From an uncultured beta proteobacterium (GTDB taxonomy: Bacteria; Pseudomonadota; Gammaproteobacteria; Burkholderiales; Gallionellaceae): a stretch of 32,000 nt of DNA. The translations under genes were made by a program, and so were the position numbers. The notes under the pieces are model-generated. The model was given only the letters and a program-made list of their open reading frames with translations. It had not been told where the DNA came from and did not search any database. Positions 25,891-32,000 of this stretch are shown in pieces. The DNA lies in the NCBI GenBank assembly GCA_963797045.1, contig CAWCNZ010000015.1, positions 118,381-150,380 on the forward strand. Reading direction: 5' to 3'. Numbering within the stretch: the first letter of the stretch is position 1; each line of letters begins with the position of its first letter.

Positions 25891-26241
25891 ATGGAATTGA
25901 AAGCATTCCTGCAGCGCCTGAACGATGCGCCCGACAGCATCTCGTTCGAGGACACGATGGCAGTGATCGACGCGCTGTACGAGTTCACCCCGACCACGTT
26001 CCAGAACGGCAGCCAGCTCAACGAAGCAGGCAAGAACAACGGCTCCTGCAAGCTGTTCGCGTTCGCCAGACTGCACGGGCTGTCACAGCAGCAGACACTG
26101 CATTGCTTCGGCGCCTATTACCGGAACGACGTGCTGCGGCATCCGGACGGCACGGACCACCAGAACATACGGAACTTCATGCAGACTGGCTGGGTCGGTA
26201 TCGAGTTCGGCGGCGATGCGCTGACGCCGAAGCAGGCATAG
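25891..26241 (+). CDS. HopJ type III effector family protein
   Basis: 116 aa. ISFEDTMAVIDALYEFTPTTFQNG..NEAGKNNGSCKLFAFA..FGAYYRNDVLRHPDGTDHQNIRNFM matches the HopJ family pattern. Confidence 0.75.
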   Translation: MELKAFLQRLNDAPDSISFEDTMAVIDALYEFTPTTFQNGSQLNEAGKNNGSCKLFAFARLHGLSQQQTLHCFGAYYRNDVLRHPDGTDHQNIRNFMQTGWVGIEFGGDALTPKQA

Positions 26242-26247
26242 ATAGTC

Positions 26248-26715
26248 TTACGCCTGCGGCTTGCGCTGCTCCGGCCGCACGCGCGGAGCCAGCAGTTCAT
26301 CCCCGTCATCCGCATCCAGCGCCTCGCCTTGCGCGTTGGTCATGGGCTGTTCGTAATCGCTCCAGCCGCGCACGCCGGTTCTGAGCGAAACGACGTTGGT
26401 AAAGCCCATACGCAACAACATGTCGGCAGCCAGCACCGAACGCTTGCCGGAGCGGCAGATGACCACGATCTCCTGCTCGCGCCCGGCGGCCAGTTCCGGC
26501 ACGGTCTCGTCGTAATCCCACTCGCAGGATTGCTCCAGCACGCCGCGCGGCACGTTGATCGAGTCGGGGATACGCAGTTTGTCGAATTCCGCGGGTTCGC
26601 GCACGTCGAGCAGGAGGGGCTTGCTGCCCGCGGCCAGCGCCCGGCTCAGGTCCCACGGCATGATCTCCTTCACGCGCGTGAGCGCTTCGCTAACCAGATC
26701 GTCGTAACGTGCCAT
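26248..26715 (-). CDS. rhodanese-domain sulfurtransferase
   Basis: 155 aa starting at MARYDDLV. LLLDVREPAEFD and active-site loop VVICRSGKRS. Confidence 0.85.
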   Translation of the reverse strand: MARYDDLVSEALTRVKEIMPWDLSRALAAGSKPLLLDVREPAEFDKLRIPDSINVPRGVLEQSCEWDYDETVPELAAGREQEIVVICRSGKRSVLAADMLLRMGFTNVVSLRTGVRGWSDYEQPMTNAQGEALDADDGDELLAPRVRPEQRKPQA

Positions 26716-26738
26716 TGCCGTAGTCCCTTCACCTAGTC

Positions 26739-26815
26739 GTTCCCGCGAAAGCGGGAATCCCGTATTTGAAAATGCATTTTGTCCGAACCCGCTGGATTCC
26801 CGCTTTCGCGGGAAT
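26739..26815. repeat. pair of inverted REP-like palindromes (TTCCCGC-GAAA-GCGGGAA)
   Basis: The hairpin at 26739-26759 and its reverse complement at 26796-26815 (attcccgctttcgcgggaat) are separated by an AT-rich spacer, between rhodanese and rlmD. Confidence 0.7.
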
Positions 26816-26824
26816 ACAGCGAGG

Positions 26825-28132
26825 TTATTGGCGCTCGAACAGCGCGATGGATTCGACATGCGAAGTCTGCGGGAACATGTTCATCACGCCCGCCGCCTTC
26901 AGCGTATAGCCCTTCACATGCACCAGCACTTCGGCGTCGCGCGCCAAAGTGGACGGGCTGCATGAGACATAGACGATGCGCCTGGGAGCCGTTTCGTCGC
27001 TAATGGATTTCATCAGTTCGATCGCGCCGTCGCGCGGCGGATCGACCAGCCATTTGTCGAAGCGACCGGCCTTGACCAGGGTGGCCTCATCCATCTCGAA
27101 CAGGTTCATCATCTGGAACGTCGTGTTGCCGGAGAGGCCGTTGTATTCGGCGTTCTGCCTGGCGCGCCGCACCAGCGCGTCGCTGCCTTCGACACCCAGC
27201 ACCTGCGCACCGCTGCGCGCGATGGGCAGCGTGAAATTGCCCAGGCCGCAGAAGAAATCGACGATGCGCTCGTGCGGCTGCGGATCAAGCAAGCGCATGG
27301 CGCGGCTCACCATCAGTCGGTTCATGTCGCTGTTCACCTGGGTGAATTCGGTCGGCGCGAACGGCATGGTGATGCCGAATTCCGGCAGGCTGTAGGAGAG
27401 TTGCGGCGCATCCAGCGGATAGAACGGCTTGACCGTCTCCGGCCCTTTGGTCTGCGTCCAGAACTGCACCTGATGCTTGTCAGCGAATTCCCGGATCAGG
27501 GCCTCATCCGCAGGCGAGAGCGGCGCAAGGATGCGCAGCACCAGCACATCCACATGCTCGCCCACCGCCACTTCGATCTGCGGGATGATGTCGCGTGCGG
27601 TGAACTTTTCGTTCAGCTCGCCCAGCAGCGGCAACAGCGCGGCGATCTTGGGCGTGAGGATCTCGCAGTGCTGCATGTCGGCCACATACTTGCCGTTCTG
27701 CTCGCGGAAGCCGACCAGCGTCTTCTCTTTCTTCAGCACATGCCGCACCGACAGGCGCGCGCGCTGGCGGTAGGCCCAGGGCTGGCCGTAGATCGGCGGC
27801 AGCATGACTTCGGGCTTGACCTTGCCGATGCGCTGCAGATTGTCTTCCAGCACGCGCTGCTTCACGGCAACCTGCGCACGCGAATCCAGATGCTGCATGG
27901 AACAGCCGCCGCACACGCCGAACACCGGGCACTTCGGCTGCACGCGCATGAACGACTGTTTCAGTATCTGTTCGACCTTCGCCTGCTCGTAGTTGTTCTT
28001 CTTGCGATACGAGGAATAGGTCACGCGTTCGCCGGTCAGCGCGCCTTCGATAAAGATCACCTTGCCTTCGGCATGCGCGATGCCGCGACCTTCGTGATCG
28101 AGCGATTCGATTACAACAATGTTCTTTTCCAT
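26825..28132 (-). CDS. rlmD: 23S rRNA (uracil-C5)-methyltransferase RlmD/RumA
   Basis: 435 aa with an N-terminal TRAM domain ([27 protein letters not shown]), Fe-S cysteines [14 protein letters not shown] and a SAM-MTase core [12 protein letters not shown]...VYVSCSP. Confidence 0.92.
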   Translation of the reverse strand: MEKNIVVIESLDHEGRGIAHAEGKVIFIEGALTGERVTYSSYRKKNNYEQAKVEQILKQSFMRVQPKCPVFGVCGGCSMQHLDSRAQVAVKQRVLEDNLQRIGKVKPEVMLPPIYGQPWAYRQRARLSVRHVLKKEKTLVGFREQNGKYVADMQHCEILTPKIAALLPLLGELNEKFTARDIIPQIEVAVGEHVDVLVLRILAPLSPADEALIREFADKHQVQFWTQTKGPETVKPFYPLDAPQLSYSLPEFGITMPFAPTEFTQVNSDMNRLMVSRAMRLLDPQPHERIVDFFCGLGNFTLPIARSGAQVLGVEGSDALVRRARQNAEYNGLSGNTTFQMMNLFEMDEATLVKAGRFDKWLVDPPRDGAIELMKSISDETAPRRIVYVSCSPSTLARDAEVLVHVKGYTLKAAGVMNMFPQTSHVESIALFERQ

Positions 28133-28138
28133 ACTTCC

Positions 28139-28801
28139 TTAATCTCCTCCACCACCACAACCGCCGCCGCAACTGCTTCCACTATCCCCGCTCTCGCCAC
28201 CGCCGGTATCCCCGGCACATCCGGAATCACTGCCACCGCAACCGATACTGGAAGCGCAAAACGTGTTACTGGAGGACGTCGCCGCATTCGCACAATTCAG
28301 GCTGTAGAAAAAACCTTGCGCGATGCCGAGCTGCGCATCCAGCGCAAACAGCAATGGCAAGCGACTGGGCTGCTTCGGATCGATACCCTCGATGCGGCAG
28401 GCATGGAACCAGGTACGGCGTATCCCAGCGGTCGCCAGCTGCGGCGAGGACATCGCCTCGACCGGCGTGTGATGCATAAAGCGACCGAATGCCTTGTCGC
28501 AGAACTGCCGGTAATGGCGCGTAAACAGGATGAAGTCATGCCACAGGTCATCCACCACCTGCGACGGCATGGAGACGAACTTGCCGCGTGCCCGCTGGCA
28601 GATCTCGAAATACTGCCGCAAGCCTTCGCGCACCAGTTCTTCCTGCGCACTGCTCAAGTCCGGATGTTTCTGGCGGAAACGGCCCAGCACCGCATCCGGC
28701 ATGCGAAACTGGTCGAGAAATTGCCGGCGGGAATTAGCTATCCACTTGCGATACAAAATGATCGCCGTAGTCGCCAATATCAACAACAGAATGATTTTCA
28801 C
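28139..28801 (-). CDS. membrane-anchored protein with Gly/Cys/Ser-rich C-terminal tail (GRDP/DUF1399-like core?)
   Basis: 220 aa with N-terminal TM MKIILLLILATTAIILY, core DDLWHDFILFTRHYRQFC and tail ...GCGGSDSGCAGDTGGGESGDSGSSCGGGCGGGGD. Confidence 0.6.
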   Translation of the reverse strand: MKIILLLILATTAIILYRKWIANSRRQFLDQFRMPDAVLGRFRQKHPDLSSAQEELVREGLRQYFEICQRARGKFVSMPSQVVDDLWHDFILFTRHYRQFCDKAFGRFMHHTPVEAMSSPQLATAGIRRTWFHACRIEGIDPKQPSRLPLLFALDAQLGIAQGFFYSLNCANAATSSSNTFCASSIGCGGSDSGCAGDTGGGESGDSGSSCGGGCGGGGD

Positions 28802-28819
28802 AGGCGCCCCAACCGACTA

Positions 28820-29608
28820 TTACAAGGGCTTGGTAGCGGGCCAGGCGGCGAGGTATTCGGCCCAGTGTTTCTCGCTGGATTTGGCCAGCGTGCTGCGCAC
28901 CAGTTCCAGCTCCTGTTCATAACGCGCCTTGGTGAACTGGCCGCGCATCAACTGGAAGCGCGCGAACACCAGCTACGTATTCACCACATCGGTCTCGCAG
29001 TAGTTGCGTATCTCGGCCAGCTTGCCTTGCTGATACGCGTCCCACACCTTGCTGCCGTCCATGCCCAGCTTGCCGGGGAAGCCGATCAGCTTGGCCAGCT
29101 CGTCCAGCGGCGCGTTGGCGCGGCCGGTGTACATCGCCAGCAGGTCCATCAGGTCAAGGTGGCGCGAGTGGTAGCGGCTGATGTAGTTGTTCCACTTGAA
29201 GTCCTTGTCGTCCTCGCCCTGATCCCAGTAGCGCGGGCACTGGATGCCGTGGATCAACCCGCGGTAGTGCAGCACCGGCAGGTCGAACCCGCCGCCATTC
29301 CAGCTCACCAGCTGCGGCGTGTATTTCTCGATGCCGTCGAAGAAGCGCTTGATGATGCTGCCTTCATCCTCTTCCGGCTCGCCCAGCGACCACACCTTGA
29401 AATTGTCGCCCTCGCGCAGCACGCAGGAGATGGCTGCGACACGCTGCAGGTGATGGGGCAGGAAATCGCTGCCGGTCTTCTGGCGGCGCATCTGGAAGGC
29501 CATCTCCGCCACCTCGGCATCGCTCACCGCGACGTCGAGCTCATACAACGCGCGCAGCCCGGCGATGTCGGGGATGGTTTCGATGTCGAAGACTAAGGTT
29601 GGGTTCAT
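28820..29608 (-). pseudogene. PolB-exonuclease-like 3'-5' exonuclease (RNase H-like fold) with an in-frame TAG at 28973-28975
   Basis: MNPTLVFDIETIPD...SWNGGGFDLPVLHYR...YCETDVVNT*. The frame stays open and looks conserved for 50 more codons (LVFARFQLMRGQF...AAWPATKPL*) to 28820. Confidence 0.75.
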
Positions 29609-29800
29609 GGTGTTGGAGCCGGTGGCAGGCAAAGTGTGATTTTACCAAACCCCAAGACCAACCAGCATAAATCGCCAACTGAAAACGTAGCGAGGACGGC
29701 CAGATGCAAGGCGCACGGAGCGCAGCGACCGAGACATACCATTTTGGTAGGCGAGGGAGTGAGCACCGCGCAACGCCGCAGATGGCCGCCGCAGTAGTTT

Positions 29801-30397
29801 TTAGCGGTATTTGCGGATCAAGCCTACCAGCACGCCAAATATCTCCAGCGAGCCCTGCGGCCGTATCACCGGAAAAGCCTGATTGGCCGGACGCAGGATG
29901 TATTGGCCGCGTTCCCGGTCCAGTGTCTTCAGGGTGAATTCGTTGTCCACGATGGCCACCACGATGTCGCCGACATTGGCGAGGTTGCGCTTCTCCACCA
30001 CCGCGACATCCCCGTCATGGATGCCCGCATCGATCATGGAATCGCCCTTGACCGGGATGAGCGTGGTCGTGGAAGGCTTATCGATCAGCATCTCGTCGAT
30101 GACGAAATACTCGCCGTGCGTCTCGTCCACCGCGGCCGGCATCCCGGCCCGCACCGATGAATCCGCCAGAGGGCGGGCAAAGAACTGGCGACTGGGTATC
30201 CACATCCCGTCCGGCGTGCGCTCCAGAAAACCGGCTTTCTCCAGCCGGTCCAGGATCGCCTTGACCCAGGACTTGGAAGCGATGCCGAACACCTCGCACA
30301 AGGCGGCATAGGAAGGGATGCTCTTCCAGGAAGCGTAGTAATCCTGAAGCTTGGCCAGATACTCGGCGTCTCGGGCACTTGGATCGGAATCGGTCAT
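29801..30397 (-). CDS. lexA: LexA-like S24 autopeptidase repressor (non-canonical N-terminal domain)
   Basis: 198 aa with an N-terminal wHTH-like region, an AG cleavage-type site (VRAGMP), GDSM (Ser nucleophile) and FTLKTL (Lys). Palindromic operators lie in its own promoter. Confidence 0.8.
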   Translation of the reverse strand: MTDSDPSARDAEYLAKLQDYYASWKSIPSYAALCEVFGIASKSWVKAILDRLEKAGFLERTPDGMWIPSRQFFARPLADSSVRAGMPAAVDETHGEYFVIDEMLIDKPSTTTLIPVKGDSMIDAGIHDGDVAVVEKRNLANVGDIVVAIVDNEFTLKTLDRERGQYILRPANQAFPVIRPQGSLEIFGVLVGLIRKYR

Positions 30398-30411
30398 GAT
30401 GTCACCTCTAC

Positions 30412-30425
30412 AGAACGAACGTTCT
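30412..30425. promoter_or_regulatory. operator 1: AGAAC-N4-GTTCT palindrome
   Basis: agaacgaacgttct, located between the -10 element and the SD of the lexA-like gene. Confidence 0.6.
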
Positions 30426-30428
30426 TGC

Positions 30429-30457
30429 ATGCTAAAGAACGGGCGTTCTGTTGTCAA
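30429..30457 (-). promoter_or_regulatory. sigma70 promoter of the lexA-like gene
   Basis: On the minus strand: TTGACA (30457-30452), 17-nt spacer, TAGCAT (30434-30429). The spacer contains operator 2. Confidence 0.6.
30436..30449. promoter_or_regulatory. operator 2: AGAAC-N4-GTTCT palindrome
   Basis: agaacgggcgttct lies exactly within the -35/-10 spacer. Confidence 0.6.
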
Positions 30458-31150
30458 CCACCAAAGGCAACGTTTGGATTGCCGGCCCAGTTCCGGGGGA
30501 TAGAAGCGCGAGCCCAGCGTCGCGCCCTTGATGCGATCGAAGCGGTCGTCCATCGCACTGCCAGATGCGCCAGACGGTCGTCGGGAAGCGGGTGCGTCTT
30601 GAACAGCAGCGCGACGCGCCCTCGTCCTTGGCAAAATGACCGATCTGATGCAGCACGCCGGGCAAGCCGTAAGCGTCGTAGCCGGCGCGCGTCGCCAGCA
30701 CCACACCGATGCGATCCGCCTCGAATTCGGGTTGTCCAACGAGCGCGCAACGATCTCCGCGCTGCTGCCAATCAGTTGCTGTACCTTGTCGCTGCCGCCG
30801 ACCTGCTTCGACAGCGCCTTGCTGCCTGCGTCGAGCAGTTGCCCTGCTGCAACAGCTTCAGGTGATGCTTGCGGATGACGTGGCCGATCTCATGCCCCAG
30901 CACACCGGCCAGGTCGGCCTCATTCTGCAGCAAACGATACAGGCCAGCGTGACGAAGATGTAGCCGCCCGGGGCTGCGAAGGCGTTCACGTCTTCCGACT
31001 GGATCACGCCGAAATGCCATGGCAGGTCGGGGCGCTCGCTCTGGCTCGCCTACCTGGTTCACGTACTTCTGCAGCCTAGCGTCCTTGACCAGCGGCGCCG
31101 CCACCAGCAGGTTGCCGGCGATCTGCCGGCCGATGGGGCATGCACAGCAC
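30454..31150 (-). pseudogene. M48-family Zn metallopeptidase remnant (5'-truncated, at least 4 frameshifts)
   Basis: Recognisable pieces are spread over three minus-strand frames: IGRQIAGNLLVAAPLVKDARLQKYVNQVG / SERPDLPWHFGVIQSEDVNAFAAPGGYIFVT / LLQNEADLAGVLGHEIGHV (HEXXH) / GYDAYGLPGVL / LLFKTHPLPDDRLAHLA. Confidence 0.7.
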
Positions 31151-31159
31151 CGCGACTGC

Positions 31160-31709
31160 GCAGACATAGTCTGCGAAGTACACCGGATAGTTGCGCAGCA
31201 CGCCGTCGGAATCCACCGTCGTTGTGTGTCCCCAGGCGCACGCCCGCCAGCGCCGCCTGGAAGTGCGGCAGCACCACGCCGACCGTGGCGTCCTGTTCCG
31301 GCTCCTCGTCCGGCAGCGGAGTCACCCCCGGGATCTGCGCGGCCTTGATCTCGCTGGTCGCGTCAGTGGACGGATCGAGCAGCAGCATCGGGAAGAAGGT
31401 GTTGTTGGTCTTGGCGATGGCCGCATCGAAGTAGGCATCGCTGTCCGGGTTGAACACGTCCGCGTCGCTTAACAGGATATCGAACACCATCGCCTTGGGT
31501 TGCTGCTTCTCGATGTTCTCCAGGAACTCGCCCAGCACCTGCCGCGGCCAGGGCCAGCGTCCATAATCCGTGTCCATCGCCGCAAGACTGGCCTCGTCGA
31601 TGTCCACGATCACGATGTCCGGATCGGGCTTGGGCGGCGCGATGCGATAGCGCACCATGGCATCGAACGCGAAACGGATACGGCCGAGAATGATCAGTTG
31701 CAGTTTCAT
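31160..31709 (-). pseudogene. CHASE2 sensor-domain gene fragment (truncated at both ends, frameshift near 31215)
   Basis: DIVIVDIDEASLAAMDTDYGRWPWPRQVLGEFLENI..AMVFDILLSD is the CHASE2 N-terminal pattern. After GTHN the sense continues in another frame (VDSDGVLRNYPVYFADY). The fragment then abuts the M48 remnant. No TM or output domains. Confidence 0.6.
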
Positions 31710-31740
31710 TGTGCGAAGTCTACCAGCGGCAAACCTTACT

Positions 31741-31772
31741 GAAAAAGAAAAGACCGGAGTCAAGCTCCGGCC
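31741..31772 (-). terminator. rho-independent terminator (minus-strand orientation)
   Basis: On the minus strand: ccggag-cttga-ctccgg followed by tcttttcttttt, at the junction between the CHASE2 fragment and the AT-rich right edge. Confidence 0.5.
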
Positions 31773-32000
31773 TTAGGGTATACCTGAATCAATTTCAAAG
31801 AAATCAATCCAGGCTACTACAACAACGTATAGATTTCCATTCGATCAACCATTCGCATGACAACACGAATAAAGATGTTTTGAACGACAAGCAGATGCCA
31901 GACTAGCAGCCTTTCAATTGAGTCCAATACTATTGACACTGCATGGCGTCATGACTATCCCTGGACAATGATGAGATCCAGACGAATCGTCATAGTAAAA

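Noticed and set aside
27272-29596. Longest ORF in the track (774 aa, + strand)
   Set aside because: It runs antisense to rlmD, the Gly/Cys-tail gene and the exonuclease gene. The translation is low-complexity and R/A/H/Q-rich with no motifs. This is a typical stop-codon-poor antisense frame in high-GC DNA.
31934-31965. ttgaca-N17-tatccc promoter-like string
   Set aside because: The -10 is poor and there is no downstream gene within the window, so it cannot be supported.
1-32000. CRISPR arrays, rRNA genes, IS transposases
   Set aside because: No regularly spaced direct repeats with unique spacers were seen. There is no rRNA-like sequence and no transposase-like ORF or terminal inverted repeats of IS size.

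Overview
High-GC chromosomal window, probably from a betaproteobacterium judging by gene content and synteny. It has three parts. (1) 1-15.6 kb is core genome: the dnaB/rplI/rpsR/priB/rpsF cluster, a YbbA/YbbP-type ABC pair, a putative glycosyltransferase, slyD, bcp, a roxA/ycfD-like oxygenase, an MBL hydrolase, a bamC-like gene with dapA, feoAB and two envelope proteins. (2) 15,649-24,852 is a visibly lower-GC integrative island of about 9.2 kb. It sits in the 3' end of tRNA-Ser(UGA) and is bounded by a 14-bp direct repeat. It carries a P4-type integrase, AlpA, a RepA/AAA_25-like ATPase and several cargo modules. The most interesting cargo is a tightly coupled minus-strand operon (15,862-18,635): a small membrane ORF, a 532-aa ABC/OLD-type ATPase with no nuclease domain, and an unassignable 297-aa protein carrying two RNLxxH motifs. 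I flag this operon as a candidate undescribed anti-phage system. Other cargo is a divergent UDG-superfamily protein paired with an XRE regulator, a lipoprotein/zinc-ribbon/membrane mini-operon, and an HD hydrolase. (3) 24.9-32 kb is core genome again: BI-1/YccA, HopJ, rhodanese, rlmD, a protein with a Gly/Cys-rich tail, a PolB-exo-like exonuclease, a non-canonical LexA with twin GAAC-N4-GTTC operators, and decayed M48 and CHASE2 gene fragments. At least eight core genes carry 1-nt frameshifts or an in-frame stop, while all island genes are intact. Sequence alone cannot tell whether this is assembly error or real gene decay. No rRNA genes or CRISPR arrays were seen. Many long ORFs in the supplied track are antisense artefacts of the high GC content.
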